Source: Dehalococcoidia bacterium (GTDB lineage: Bacteria; Chloroflexota; Dehalococcoidia; Bin125). Taken from it: DNA of 64,000 nt. The stretch covers positions 32,001-96,000 of the forward strand of contig CAXXRD010000001.1 in the NCBI GenBank assembly GCA_963663895.2, in the 5' to 3' direction. Below, piece by piece: positions 1-14,806 of this stretch (positions within the stretch are counted from its first letter, which is position 1; every line of letters starts with the position of its first letter). The position numbers were made by a program, and so were the translations under genes. Under the pieces are notes generated by a model. The model did no database searches, was not told the origin of the DNA, and was given only the letters and a program-made list of their open reading frames with translations.

Positions 1-1181
1 GTGCCAGATTGCGCCTGATTCGAGAGGCTGATCGTCGGGCGGTAGCGGAAGGGACCCACGGCGAATCCCTCCGATGAGGTGAATCCCTCGGTCACCGTCG
101 CAATAATCTGTCCCGCCAGCAGTCCAACCAGGATCGCCAGGAAGATATTGAGGTCCAGGCCCATCACCGCGACGGCAATGCCCGAGCCGAGGAGCACCAA
201 CCCGCTACCGCTGAAGACACCGGCACGGAGTGCCCAAAGCAAGCGGCCTTGGTCGGCACGCTCACCGGTCCGCACGAGGAAACTGCCGATCACGGAGCCG
301 AAGATACCGATCACCGCGATCAAAATCGGGAGAACATACGCCTCTGAGTCGAAGTTGGCGACCGCGCTCTCGCCGAAAACGGCATTCGAGCCGATCATGC
401 CCGCAGCGACGGCAGTCGGGACGGCGACGACGGCCAGCGAGATCGTCGCGACGATCGACCCCACGTAGGACTCGAACAGGTCCGCGCCCATCCCAGCGAC
501 GTCGCCCACATTGTCGCCAACGTTGTCGGCGATGGTGGCGGGGTTACGCGGATCGTCCTCCGGAATGCCAGCTTCGACCTTCCCCACGAGATCTGCACCG
601 ACATCCGCCGCCTTCGTGAAGATGCCGCCACCGACGCGAGCGAAGAGGGCGATGGATGAGGCGCCGAAGGCGAAGCCGGTGAGCGGGCGGGGCTCTTGCC
701 AAATGATGTAGAGGATCGAGACACCGAGGATGCCGAGTCCGACAACAGTCATGCCCATCACTGTTCCGGAGTTGAAGGCTGCGCGTAGGGCGGAGTTGAG
801 GCCGGTGCGCGCCTGATGCGCCGTGCGGACATTGGCTCGCACGGCAATGGTCATGCCGAGGTAGCCGGCGGCGGCGGAGAGAATCGCGCCCACGAGGTAG
901 CTGAGCGCGGTTTCCGGCACGTATGTGCCATCTTCCAACGCCGCCTTGCTGAGGATGTTGAGATCGATGAAGAGCAGCAGGATCGCAAAGACCGCCGCCA
1001 CGAAGGCAGCAAGGAAGAGGTACTCGCGTTGCAGGAAAGCGGCCGCCCCTTCTTGGATGGCGGTGGCGATGGCGCGCATGCGCTCGTTGCCTTCATCAAG
1101 GGCGAGAACGTCGCGGACACGGAGAGCGGCGAAGGCGAGTGCGACGCTGCCGCCGATGAGGGCAACGATCAGGATTTCCAT
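1..1181 (-). CDS. hppA: Membrane-bound H+/Na+-translocating pyrophosphatase (3' part runs off the window)
   Basis: Manual translation from ATG 1181 (SD GGAGG at 1186-1190): MEILIVALIGG...DEGNERMRAIATAIQEGAAAFLQREY, with GGIFTKAADVGADLVGKVEAGIPEDDPRNPATIADNVGDNVGD motifs. Confidence 0.95.
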   Translation of the reverse strand, partial: MEILIVALIGGSVALAFAALRVRDVLALDEGNERMRAIATAIQEGAAAFLQREYLFLAAFVAAVFAILLLFIDLNILSKAALEDGTYVPETALSYLVGAILSAAAGYLGMTIAVRANVRTAHQARTGLNSALRAAFNSGTVMGMTVVGLGILGVSILYIIWQEPRPLTGFAFGASSIALFARVGGGIFTKAADVGADLVGKVEAGIPEDDPRNPATIADNVGDNVGDVAGMGADLFESYVGSIVATISLAVVAVPTAVAAGMIGSNAVFGESAVANFDSEAYVLPILIAVIGIFGSVIGSFLVRTGERADQGRLLWALRAGVFSGSGLVLLGSGIAVAVMGLDLNIFLAILVGLLAGQIIATVTEGFTSSEGFAVGPFRYRPTISLSNQAQSG

Positions 1182-1333
1182 GAGACCTCCCGAGATGTTG
1201 TATCCGACGTGAGCCGCTTGGCCGTTCGGCTGCTCCGCCACCGACACGACTGCCGTTCGCGGCCGCCAACACGAGCGCAGATCCTAAGAGAGGCGATCCG
1301 GACGATCAACGCAGTAGAGAACGGAGTGCGGCG

Positions 1334-2010
1334 TTACGGGAGCGGCGGAGCGGCGGCCGTGAGCTGGTCACGCAAGGCAGTGATCTGGGTATCGAGACGA
1401 CGTTGGAGCGCGGCGACCGTCAGGTCACCCCGGGTGCGCTCCGTCACGCCGCGCACCATGTCCGTACTCCTACGAAGACCGTGCGTGATCGCCTCCGGGT
1501 AGTCCATCGTCACTAGCTGCGCGTAGATCTCATCCATCGCCGCCAGAAGATCGTCGGGGGGCGCCTGACCTTCGCGGCGCAGAGAATCGAGGACGAAGCG
1601 GCGGAGTTCGCCAACCGCCTCTGCTAGACCGTGGAGGTAGGCGGCGGCGGAAAACCCCGAGGTCGTCAGACGTGGGGAGTGGCTTCCTCGAAACAAGCGC
1701 TAAAGTGAGCGCTGCCTCCGCGTATTCCTTAAGGGCATCATGCAGGAAGCCGGGCGTGATAGACCGCCGGTTGATCCTTCATGGCTTCGCTAGCAGCGGC
1801 AGCCTGCCGGCGAAGATCCTGCACGCTTTCCGCTGCGCGTTCGAATTCATGCCGATGGATGGCGCGGATGGCGAGGGAGGCCTGCCGGATCAACTGGCGT
1901 GAGGCGGCAAGGCCTTCCTCACGCGCGCGGTGCATCGCGTCAAGCTCATGGCGGATCGCTTCCATGAGGCCGTCAAGGTGCAGGCTGCCGGAGTCGGCCA
2001 CATGGGACAT
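1334..2010 (-). CDS. Translin/Trax-family protein, split by frameshift(s) near 1660-1750
   Basis: ORF 1738-2010 (REEGLAASRQLIRQASLAIRAIHR) plus ORF 1334-1696 (YLHGLAEAVGELRR...LRRSTDMVRGVTERTRGDL) together resemble prokaryotic translin-like proteins. Confidence 0.75.
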
Positions 2011-2014
2011 CTGA

Positions 2015-2362
2015 TCAGAGATCCTTCACGGGATCGGGCAGCTCTCCTTCGCGTGCCTCGTCGATCATCTTGCGCGTCTGCTCGGGCATGTCAACGCCCA
2101 TATCCGCGAACTGTCGCTCGACCCAACGGCCGATCTGCCGCGGATCGCGGTAGGCGTCCGGCCCCGCACCGAGGGGGGGCGTACCGTAGTTCTCCAAGAC
2201 TTGCTGCTCTGTTTTGGGCGTCGCGAACACGGAGAGGGCGCGCTCAGTCTCGAGCGCGCCGCAAGATTTACAGGCTGGAGAGGAATCAGCGCTACTGATC
2301 GAGCGCCGAAGGACGCTCGTCACGGCGCTACAGCGGGCACAGCGATATTCGTAGACAGGCAT
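2015..2362 (-). CDS. FmdB-family zinc-ribbon protein
   Basis: MPVYEYRCARC...PACKSCG N-terminal motif. Confidence 0.85.
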   Translation of the reverse strand: MPVYEYRCARCSAVTSVLRRSISSADSSPACKSCGALETERALSVFATPKTEQQVLENYGTPPLGAGPDAYRDPRQIGRWVERQFADMGVDMPEQTRKMIDEAREGELPDPVKDL

Positions 2363-2451
2363 CGCAGCGTTGTCGGCGCGCCAGAGATGGTTATAGCGCG
2401 CCTGGCGAGGTTAACACGCGGGGCCACGTCCAAGGTGTGTCTGGCGCTCCA

Positions 2452-2823
2452 CTAGGCTTCGACGGCATTCTCAATGTGCTCTAGGGCAGCGACGCGATCA
2501 TGGCCGTCGACCGCGACCGTGATCACGTCGATGCGCGCGGGCGCATCGAGATCCGCGTCGGCGAGGTAGGCACTGGCCAGCGCCGCGAGCCGCTGTTGCT
2601 TCCGCTCGCCCACCGATTCCGCCGCCGCGGCGAGGCCGGCCGGCGCGCGGCGACTGCGCACCTCGACGAAGACAAGGACACCGCCAGGGGCGCGCGCCAC
2701 GATGTCGATCTCACCCTCCCGTCTGCGCACGTTGCGCTCCACCACCGTGTAGCCACGCGCTTCGAGATGCGCCACCGCTGCACGTTCTCCGACCTGGCCG
2801 AGTGCGCGCCGCGCGCTGGTCAC
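2452..2823 (-). CDS. YraN family (UPF0102) PD-(D/E)XK-like protein
   Basis: GERAA..HLE.RGY.VVERN.R...GEIDIVA....LVFVEVRSR; usual position after rnhB. Confidence 0.92.
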   Translation of the reverse strand: MTSARRALGQVGERAAVAHLEARGYTVVERNVRRREGEIDIVARAPGGVLVFVEVRSRRAPAGLAAAAESVGERKQQRLAALASAYLADADLDAPARIDVITVAVDGHDRVAALEHIENAVEA

Positions 2824-3602
2824 GGCACGGTCAGACCGGTCGCGCTGCGCGTGGACCGGCGCCAGTGAAGCGTGGCATCCGCAGCGGAACGAACGGGCTC
2901 GTATGAGAAGCGATGGTGAAGAGAAGGGCCGATATGCCGGAGCGCGGCACGGTGAGCACGGGTGGCGTAGCCCTTGTTGTCGGCGAAGCGGTAGCCGTGA
3001 TGCAGAACGTCAAGATCACGCATCCAACCGTCGCGGAAAACCTTGGCGATCACCGAAGCAGCAGCGATACTCGCGACGCGCTCGTCGCCACGGGTCAGGA
3101 CGCGCTGAGGCAGACCGAATCGTGGCGGTCGCGGCCATCGATCAAGACGTAGTCAGGGGAGATACCACAAGCAGCGAGCGCACGCCGCATCGCGAGACGG
3201 GTAGCGGGCAGAATCCCCAGGGCATCGATCTCTTGCGCGTCGGCCCATCCGATTCCCCACGCCAGCGCCGTCTGCTTGATCCATGGCGCAAGCTCCTCCC
3301 GGCGCTGGGAGGTGAGCTGCTTGCTATCACGCAGACCGGAAAGCCAAGCGAGCCGGCGCGCCGGGGGCAAGATAACGGCGCCTGCCGCCACGGGGCCGGC
3401 CAGGGCACCCCGGCCGACCTCATCAAGGCCAGCGACGGCTGAGAAACCGGCGCGCCAGAGCGCCGCCTCCTGAGCGCGCGTGGGCTTGCAAGCGGGTGTC
3501 GCAAGGGCTCCAGACGCGTTCGGCAGATCGTTCCTCCAGAGCGGCGGTGGACGCTGGGAGCGGCAAAGCAGCGCTCGAAAGACGAGCCGGATGCTCGCTC
3601 AT
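2820..3602 (-). CDS. rnhB: Ribonuclease HII, split by frameshifts; start uncertain
   Basis: GLDEVGRGALAGPV, LRDSKQLT, VLIDG and GYRFADNKGYAT...HRFSY motifs in consecutive frames. Confidence 0.85.
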
Positions 3603-3815
3603 GTCGAGCCCCCAACTATCGTAGCGAGGTGAACCGGCGCCCGACATGGCCGAGCGGCGTCCCGTTCCCAAACGATGCAGCTACCGCAAGCCGGCTGGCT
3701 CATTCGAGAGCCAGTCGAAGCGGGTCACTGTTATATTGATGAGGAGCGGCGTGGGGCGGCAGCGGTGACGCGTGCCGGCCAACCGTATCGCTGAGCAAGC
3801 TGGAAGGAAGTAGCT

Positions 3816-5797
<1,982 letters not shown>

Positions 5798-5831
5798 GCC
5801 GCCGCGAGCGATGCAGCGGTATCCGACTTGC

Positions 5832-5861
5832 TTGACCGTCCCAGAACCTCGCTCGTACGGT
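5832..5861 (+). promoter_or_regulatory. Putative sigma70-type promoter of rplU-rpmA-rpmE
   Basis: TTGACC-N18-TACGGT about 75 nt upstream of rplU. Confidence 0.5.
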
Positions 5862-5935
5862 TTGAGGCATACCACTGAGAAGTAGCGCCCTCTACCGGGT
5901 GCGTTTCTAAGTTTCCCGAGGCAGGTGCCGCTCAG

Positions 5936-6478
5936 ATGTACGCAGTGATCCGCACCGGCGGAAAGCAGTATCGCGTCGAGCCCGGCCAGCGGCTCAAGGT
6001 GGAGAAGATGCCCAACGCGGTGGGCGACACCGTCGAGCTGACCGACGTGTTGCTTCTCGCCACGGACGAGGGAGCGACCGTGGGCGACCCTACGGTCGCG
6101 CAAGCGCGAGTTGTAGCGGAAGTCGCCTCCCAGGGGCGGGACCGCAAGCTGTCGGTGTTCAAGTACAAGTCAAAGACACGTTACCGGCGGCTGGTGGGCC
6201 ACCGACAGCCCTATACCGTGCTCCTGATCAAAGAACTCAGCGGACCTGGGATCACGGCGCCTAAGACACGGCGGCGCCGAGCGAAGAGATCCACCGACGC
6301 GCCAGCGAGCAAAGCAGCGGAGGAGAAAGCGGCCAAGAAAGGATCTGCCAAGAGGGCATCGACGGGCGCGACGCAACGATCCCGCGCTGCGAAGAAGGCG
6401 ACGAGGACTTCGGCCGCCACGAAAGCGCCAACAGACAAAGGTCCGGCCAAGGACGCAGAGACGGGCAGGGAGGACTAG
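5936..6478 (+). CDS. rplU: 50S ribosomal protein L21 with Lys/Ala-rich C-terminal extension
   Basis: [14 protein letters not shown]...GHRQPYT. Confidence 0.97.
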   Translation: MYAVIRTGGKQYRVEPGQRLKVEKMPNAVGDTVELTDVLLLATDEGATVGDPTVAQARVVAEVASQGRDRKLSVFKYKSKTRYRRLVGHRQPYTVLLIKELSGPGITAPKTRRRRAKRSTDAPASKAAEEKAAKKGSAKRASTGATQRSRAAKKATRTSAATKAPTDKGPAKDAETGRED

Positions 6479-6480
6479 CG

Positions 6481-6768
6481 ATGGCGCACAAGAAGGGTGT
6501 GGGCTCCTCAAAGAACGGACGCGACAGCAACGCCAAGCGCCTAGGCGTGAAGGTCTACAGCGGCGCGCAGGTCGGAAAGGGCGCGATCATCGTGCGACAG
6601 CGCGGCACGCGCATCCATGCGGGCGACAACGTGGGCATCGGCCGGGATCATACGTTGTTCGCACTCCGAGACGGTTACGTTCGCTTCGAGCCGTACGCCA
6701 AAGGCCGCCGCAAGAAAGTGAGCGTGACCGCGACACGCGCTGAGGCCACGAAGCAGGAAAGCCCATGA
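6481..6768 (+). CDS. rpmA: 50S ribosomal protein L27
   Basis: [24 protein letters not shown]. Confidence 0.98.
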   Translation: MAHKKGVGSSKNGRDSNAKRLGVKVYSGAQVGKGAIIVRQRGTRIHAGDNVGIGRDHTLFALRDGYVRFEPYAKGRRKKVSVTATRAEATKQESP

Positions 6769-6974
6769 AAGCCAAGATCCACCCCGAATACGGACCGGCA
6801 CGGATCGTCTGTGGCTGTGGCACTAGTTGGGAAACTCGATCGACGAAGGCCGAAATGCACATTGAGATCTGCAGCGTCTGTCACCCGTTTTTCACGGGCG
6901 AGCAACGCATTGTCGATACGGCAGGGCGCGTGGAGCGTTTCAAGCGCCGCTATGGGATGAAAGAAGAAGGCTAA
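6765..6974 (+). CDS. rpmE: 50S ribosomal protein L31 (Zn-binding form)
   Basis: MKAKIHPEY...CGCG...[24 protein letters not shown]. Confidence 0.97.
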   Translation: MKAKIHPEYGPARIVCGCGTSWETRSTKAEMHIEICSVCHPFFTGEQRIVDTAGRVERFKRRYGMKEEG

Positions 6975-7021
6975 CAGCCCCCTGTCGCTTCTCCTGCCCA
7001 GGCCCTCGCTACCCTCGGCGT

Positions 7022-7960
7022 ATGACGCTCCGTAAGCAGGCCCATTCCAAGCGGCGTGGCTACGGCGGCCAGGCGGTGCTTGAGGGCGTCATGATCCGCG
7101 GACCACGGCACGCAACGGTCGTCTGCCGCCGCCCGGACGGAACCATTGCCAGCCAGAGCAAGAAGCTCGCCACGGCCTACACGAGCCGTACGCAACGGAT
7201 CCCGTTCGTACGTGGGGTCATCGCGCTGGCGGAGACGCTGCATCTGGGGTTCTGGGCGCTGATCTATTCATCGAACGTGGCGCTGGAGGAGGAAGGAGGC
7301 GACGACGGTACCCAGGGAGAGGGCGCGGGGATAACGGGCGCGCTCATCATCCTACTGACGCTCGCGATCGCGATCGGTCTGTTCTTCTTGGCACCCGTCT
7401 TCGCCGGCCGTTGGATCGAGGATCAGATCGACCCAGACATCATCGGCGTGATCCTAGAAGGCGTGATCCGGCTCGCGCTTCTGCTGGGCTATCTATTTCT
7501 GATCGGCCAGTGGAGCGAGATGCGCCGCGTCTTCGCCTATCACGGCGCAGAACACAAAACGATCGCCGCCTGGGAGGCGATGAGTGACCTATCCGTGGCA
7601 GCGGTGCGACCTTTCAGCCGCGCGCATCCACGGTGCGGCACATCGTTCTTGCTCGTGGTGGCCGTGGTAGCGATCATCGTCTTCACAGCGCTCGGTACGC
7701 CACCGATGTGGTGGCGCATCACAAGCCGGATCGTCTTGGTGCCTGTCATCGCCGGGATCGCCTACGAGGCGATCCGACTAGGCGGCGCCTACCGTCACAA
7801 GCGGGTCGTAGGGTGGCTGTTCGCACCGAACCTTTGGCTGCAAGCGCTGACGACGCGGGAGCCATCGGATGATCAGATCGCGGTCGCCATCACCGCCATG
7901 GAGCAGGCGCTCGCCGCGGAGGAAGGCCGGAGCGTGCAGGACCCGACGCCGGCTCGTTAG
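7022..7960 (+). CDS. DUF1385 membrane protein
   Basis: GGQAVLEGVMIRG, YHGAEHK and HPRCGTSF motifs; typical neighbour of rpmE. Confidence 0.9.
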   Translation: MTLRKQAHSKRRGYGGQAVLEGVMIRGPRHATVVCRRPDGTIASQSKKLATAYTSRTQRIPFVRGVIALAETLHLGFWALIYSSNVALEEEGGDDGTQGEGAGITGALIILLTLAIAIGLFFLAPVFAGRWIEDQIDPDIIGVILEGVIRLALLLGYLFLIGQWSEMRRVFAYHGAEHKTIAAWEAMSDLSVAAVRPFSRAHPRCGTSFLLVVAVVAIIVFTALGTPPMWWRITSRIVLVPVIAGIAYEAIRLGGAYRHKRVVGWLFAPNLWLQALTTREPSDDQIAVAITAMEQALAAEEGRSVQDPTPAR

Positions 7961-7966
7961 CCCGAG

Positions 7967-8296
7967 CTACTCCGAAGCCCCCAGATCGCGGTAGAAGCAA
8001 GAGCGCTCGCCGGTGTGACAAGTGGGGCCGGCAGGGTCGGCACGCACGAGCAGTGCGTCGGCGTCACAGTCCTTGCGGATCTCCTTGAGACGCAGCACGT
8101 TGCCGCTCGTCTCGCCTTTCGTCCAGTATTCTTGACGACTGCGACTCCAGAACGTGACCAGCCCTTTCTCCAGCGTGCGCCGGACGGCTTCTTCGTCCAT
8201 GTAGCCGAGCATCAACACGCCGCCGGTCGCATCGTCTTGGACGATGGCTGGAATGAGACCGTTGGCATCGTAGGAGAGCGGAGGCAGCGCGTTCAC
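7967..8296 (-). CDS. hisI: Phosphoribosyl-AMP cyclohydrolase
   Basis: [45 protein letters not shown]; GTG start overlaps the hisF stop. Confidence 0.95.
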   Translation of the reverse strand: MNALPPLSYDANGLIPAIVQDDATGGVLMLGYMDEEAVRRTLEKGLVTFWSRSRQEYWTKGETSGNVLRLKEIRKDCDADALLVRADPAGPTCHTGERSCFYRDLGASE

Positions 8297-9117
8297 GGCG
8301 AGATCGGTCTTTTCCTCACGGTTACAGGCCTGTCGGAGGCGGCAGTATAGCGCGGATGATCGAGGCGCACGGGAACATTGGCAGCGGCCATTTCGGATTT
8401 GACATCCGCGACCTTGCAAGTACCGAAGTGGAAGATGCTCGCAGCGAGGACTGCAGAGGCACCGCCTTTCGTTACCGCGTCGATCATGTGTCGGGCGCTC
8501 CCCGCGCCGCCGCTTGCGATCACGGGGATTGAGACGGCGCTGGTCACGGCACGCAGGAGCGGCAGATCGTAGCCATCCTGGTGGCCATCGGTGTCCATGG
8601 AAGTAAGCAGGATCTCACCTGCACCGCGCTCCGCCGCCTCGCGTGCCCAAGCGACCGCGTCTCGGTCGGTCGAGCGGCGTCCTCCGTGCGTGTAGACCTC
8701 GAAGCCGCCGTTCCGGCGCCTCCTGGCATCGATCGCAACAACAACGCATTGGCTGCCGAAGCGGTCGGCGCCTGCTCCGATCAAGCCCGGATCAGCAACT
8801 GCCGCGGTATTGATCGCGATTTTGTCGGCACCGGCCTCCAAAACGGCACGCATATCCTCAGGGCTCCGCAACCCGCCACCGACAGTGAAGGGGATGAAGA
8901 CGCGGTCGGCCGTGCGGCGCACCATCTCCATGACGGTTTCGCGCTTTTCGTGTGAGGCGGTGATGTCCAGAAAGACGAGTTCGTCGATGCCTTCGCGATC
9001 GTAAACAGCGGCCATCTCCACCGGGTCGCCCGCATCGCGCAGGTCCACGAAGGAAATGCCCTTGACGACACGCCCCCGGTCGACATCGAAGCAAGCGATG
9101 ACCCGCTTGGTGAGCAT
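8293..9117 (-). CDS. hisF: Imidazole glycerol phosphate synthase cyclase subunit
   Basis: [37 protein letters not shown]. Confidence 0.97.
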   Translation of the reverse strand: MLTKRVIACFDVDRGRVVKGISFVDLRDAGDPVEMAAVYDREGIDELVFLDITASHEKRETVMEMVRRTADRVFIPFTVGGGLRSPEDMRAVLEAGADKIAINTAAVADPGLIGAGADRFGSQCVVVAIDARRRRNGGFEVYTHGGRRSTDRDAVAWAREAAERGAGEILLTSMDTDGHQDGYDLPLLRAVTSAVSIPVIASGGAGSARHMIDAVTKGGASAVLAASIFHFGTCKVADVKSEMAAANVPVRLDHPRYTAASDRPVTVRKRPISP

Positions 9118-9122
9118 GGTGC

Positions 9123-9848
9123 TCAGTCTCCGCAGGACGCCGCAGCCGCCGTGCGTGCATCGGCGAGCGCAATGCGGCCATCGTAGAGAGCCCGCCCGAT
9201 AATGACGCCCTCGACCCCTATACGGGCAAGACGCGGGATCTGATCCAGAGTCGCGACGCCGCCCGCCGCGATGAGGGGGCAGTCCAAAGCCGCGATGAGC
9301 TCGGTCAGAGCAGCGTAGTTTGGCTCTGTGAGGGTGCCGTCGCGGATGATGTCCGTATAGATGAAGCGGCCGACCCCTCGGGCTACAAGCTCCCCGGCCG
9401 CCTCCAATACCGGGCGCTCCGTCATCCGGGTCCAGCCGTCCGTGGCCAGTCGGCCGTCCCGAGCGTCGAGGGAAACGATGATCTGCTCAGGCCGCTCGCG
9501 GCTCACGTGGTCCAGCAAGGAACGGTCGCGGATCACGGCGGTGCCCAACACCACGCGCTGCAGACCCGCCTCAAGGTATCGCGCGACGGATTCCGTCGTG
9601 CGGATACCGCCACCGACTTGCGTGGGGACGCCCAAGCTCGCGATCGCAACGATCGCGTCGAAGTTACAGGGTTTGCCCTCGCGGGCACCGTCCAGGTCAA
9701 CGACATGTATCCGTGTGGCGCCTGCGTCAATCCAACGTTGGGCGGCGGCCACGGGGCTCTCCGCAAAGACGGTCTCGGCGGCATAGTCACCTTGGTGGAG
9801 ACGAACGCAGAGCCCGCCGCGGATATCAACGGCTGGGATCACTTCCAT
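9123..9848 (-). CDS. hisA: ProFAR isomerase
   Basis: [37 protein letters not shown]. Confidence 0.96.
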   Translation of the reverse strand: MEVIPAVDIRGGLCVRLHQGDYAAETVFAESPVAAAQRWIDAGATRIHVVDLDGAREGKPCNFDAIVAIASLGVPTQVGGGIRTTESVARYLEAGLQRVVLGTAVIRDRSLLDHVSRERPEQIIVSLDARDGRLATDGWTRMTERPVLEAAGELVARGVGRFIYTDIIRDGTLTEPNYAALTELIAALDCPLIAAGGVATLDQIPRLARIGVEGVIIGRALYDGRIALADARTAAAASCGD

Positions 9849-9860
9849 GGATCGGCGCAA

Positions 9861-10505
9861 TCAGGCAGCTGGCTCTGCCGCCAAGGCGGCGGCGATGACG
9901 TTACGGTAGAGGCGCAATCCATAGGCGCCGCTCTTCTCCGGATGGAACTGCGTTGCGACGAGGTTGCCCTGCTGCACGATCGCAGGAAAGGTGATCCCGT
10001 AGTTCGTAGTGGCGAGTGTCACCGAACGGTCGTCGGGCGCGCAGTAATAGGTGTGGACGAAATAGAAGTGGCTCCCATCAGGAATACCGCACAGCACGTC
10101 GCTCGCACGCATCTGGCGCACGACGTTCCAACCCATATGAGGAACGATCTGCCCGTCCGGTAAGCGCAGTACACGGCCGGGGAGCACGTCCAGACCGAGG
10201 TGCTCCCCACCTTCCTCCGAGACAGTCATGAGCGCCTGCAGCCCCATGCATACCCCGAGGAAGGGACGGTCGGCCTGGAGGTAACGCCGCAAGGGCTCAA
10301 CCAGGCCGCGGCGCGCGAGGTTACGCATCGTGTCGGCAGCAGCACCAACCCCTGGTAAAACGACGATGCCCGCGCTGTCGAGGGCGGCGGGTGCGTCCGT
10401 AACCCGTGCGTGGAAGCCTGCGTACTCCACTGCGCGTGCGACCGAACGCAGATTGCCTGCTCCGTAGTCCAGCACAACCACGGGTCGCTCTGAACGGGAT
10501 CGCAT
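9861..10505 (-). CDS. hisH: Imidazole glycerol phosphate synthase glutaminase subunit
   Basis: DYGAGNLRSV, LGVCMGLQ, QFHPEKS. Confidence 0.96.
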   Translation of the reverse strand: MRSRSERPVVVLDYGAGNLRSVARAVEYAGFHARVTDAPAALDSAGIVVLPGVGAAADTMRNLARRGLVEPLRRYLQADRPFLGVCMGLQALMTVSEEGGEHLGLDVLPGRVLRLPDGQIVPHMGWNVVRQMRASDVLCGIPDGSHFYFVHTYYCAPDDRSVTLATTNYGITFPAIVQQGNLVATQFHPEKSGAYGLRLYRNVIAAALAAEPAA

Positions 10506-10520
10506 GGAGCGGCAGCGTAA

Positions 10521-12740
<2,220 letters not shown>

Positions 12741-12845
12741 GCGACGGCAGAGCGGCGGACATACTAGATATAACGGCAGCCTCAGATATAGTGTCTGCAC
12801 TGGCCCGGCATCCGCTGCACGGGTCATTTTCGACTCCGGGGGAAG

Positions 12846-13910
12846 ATGCGCTTCAATCCGCTGTCCTGGCTCTTCGGGCAGTTCTCGCACGATATCGCTA
12901 TCGACTTAGGCACGGCCAACACGCTCGTGGCGGTGCGGGGGCGCGGGATCGTGATCAACGAGCCATCGGTCGTGGCGATCGATCGCAACGCCAAAGCGGT
13001 GCTTGCGATTGGAGCAGAAGCGAAGCGTATGGTAGGCAGGACACCCGCCAACATCGTCGCGATGCGGCCGCTCAAGGACGGCGTGATCCACGATTTCGAC
13101 GTGACCGAGCGCATGCTGCAGCACTTTATCCGGGCAGTCCACGACCGCACGCTGCTGGGAACGCCGCGGCCTCGGGTCGCGGTCGGGATCCCAGGTGGCG
13201 CGACCGAGGTGGAGAAGCGCGCCATCTACGATGCCGCGATCAACGGCGGCGCGCGCGATGCCTTCTTGATCGAGGAGCCACTCGCCGCGGCGATCGGGGC
13301 CGGGCTGCCCGCGCAGGACCCCGCCGGCACGATGATCGTGGATGTGGGAGGCGGAACGACAGAGGTGGCGGTCTTCGCGCTCGGCGGCACCGTTGTCAGT
13401 ACATCGATTCGCGTGGCGGGGGACGAGGTGGACGAGGACATCATTGCCTACGCGCGCAACGTGCACAACATGGTGATTGGATCCTCAAGCGCCGAAGAGA
13501 CGAAAATCGAAGCCGGTTCCGCCTTCCCGCTGGAGCGGGAGCGGCCCGTGGTGCTCCGCGGCCGCGATATCGCGAGCGGGCTGCCGAAGAGCGTGGAGGT
13601 GAGCAGCGTCGAGATCCGTGACGCCCTCGGCGACTCTATCCGTGCGATCGTCGAGGCAGTCCGCCAGACGATTGAGGCGACGCCCGCGGAGATCGTTTCC
13701 GACCTGATGAATAAAGGCATCGCGCTGGCAGGTGGGGGAGCACTCTTGCAGGGCTTGGACCGGCGTATCTCCCAAGAGACGAAGTTCCCGGTGTACGTGG
13801 TGGAGGACCCATTGACCTGCGTTGTGCGCGGCTGCGCCGAGGTCCTAGAGGAAGCACAGATTTTAAGCCGCGTCCAGGCGGATATTGCGTCGATGCGAGG
13901 CCGCCGTTAG
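12846..13910 (+). CDS. mreB: Rod shape-determining protein MreB
   Basis: DIAIDLGTANTL, VDVGGGTTEVA, LAGGGALL. Confidence 0.97.
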   Translation: MRFNPLSWLFGQFSHDIAIDLGTANTLVAVRGRGIVINEPSVVAIDRNAKAVLAIGAEAKRMVGRTPANIVAMRPLKDGVIHDFDVTERMLQHFIRAVHDRTLLGTPRPRVAVGIPGGATEVEKRAIYDAAINGGARDAFLIEEPLAAAIGAGLPAQDPAGTMIVDVGGGTTEVAVFALGGTVVSTSIRVAGDEVDEDIIAYARNVHNMVIGSSSAEETKIEAGSAFPLERERPVVLRGRDIASGLPKSVEVSSVEIRDALGDSIRAIVEAVRQTIEATPAEIVSDLMNKGIALAGGGALLQGLDRRISQETKFPVYVVEDPLTCVVRGCAEVLEEAQILSRVQADIASMRGRR

Positions 13911-13919
13911 GCGACAGCG

Positions 13920-14753
13920 ATGGCGCTTCTTTCAAGCAAGCTCGGCCAGTGGCTCATCCTCATGGCCCTACTCATTGCCCTGCTCGCCGCGTTGGCGGTG
14001 TTCGGCGCGGTCGCGCAAGTGGAAGATGCCGCCCTCACAGTGTTCGGCCCCGTGCAGCGCACGCTGCGGCACGCGGCCGAGCCGGTCGCCAGCCTGATCA
14101 ACAACATCGACGATTTCAACGCCGCCGATGACGAGAACCGCGCACTGCGGAACCGTGTAGCGCAACTGGAAGCGGAGAACGCCCGCCTGCGTGAGGAGCA
14201 GATCGAAGTACGCGGCCGCGAAGCGCTCATCGCCGTGCAGGAGGCGAACGCCGATGAGATCTTCATCGTGGCGGATGTGATCACGCGTGACTTGACAGGA
14301 TTGAGCGACATCATCCGGATCAACCGCGGCGCCAGCGACGGCATCGAGAACGGGATGCCCGTGCTGGCCGGGGGCGGCGCGCTGGTTGGCGTGATCGTCG
14401 AGACGCGTGATCATGTCGCGCTCATCAGATTGATCACAGATCCCAAGATGAGCATTCGCGGCCTGCACCAACTTTCCCGCACCGAGGGGATCATCAACGG
14501 CGGTCCGGCCGACGATTTACACGTGGAGTTCATACCGCAAGCGGCGGATGTGCAGCCCGGGCATACCTTTGTGACGTCAGGACTAGGCGGACTGCTGCCG
14601 GCCGGCGTGCCGGTGGGAGCGGTCACATCAGCGGAAGGAGCAGTGCAGGACGTCTTTCGACAGATCCGGCTGAGACCGCTTGCCCCGCTGGCGGAACTGG
14701 AGGATGTGCTGGTGCAGATTACGTTTACTCCGGAACCGATCGCCGCACCTTAG
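13920..14753 (+). CDS. mreC: Rod shape-determining protein MreC
   Basis: N-terminal TM, coiled coil, INRGASDGI...GMPV, VTSGLGGLLPAGVPVG; follows mreB. Confidence 0.92.
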   Translation: MALLSSKLGQWLILMALLIALLAALAVFGAVAQVEDAALTVFGPVQRTLRHAAEPVASLINNIDDFNAADDENRALRNRVAQLEAENARLREEQIEVRGREALIAVQEANADEIFIVADVITRDLTGLSDIIRINRGASDGIENGMPVLAGGGALVGVIVETRDHVALIRLITDPKMSIRGLHQLSRTEGIINGGPADDLHVEFIPQAADVQPGHTFVTSGLGGLLPAGVPVGAVTSAEGAVQDVFRQIRLRPLAPLAELEDVLVQITFTPEPIAAP

Positions 14754-14806
14754 CGTCTCGCAGAAGAGGCCGAACCGAAAGGGACGACCGGGGAGGCGAG
14801 CACAAC

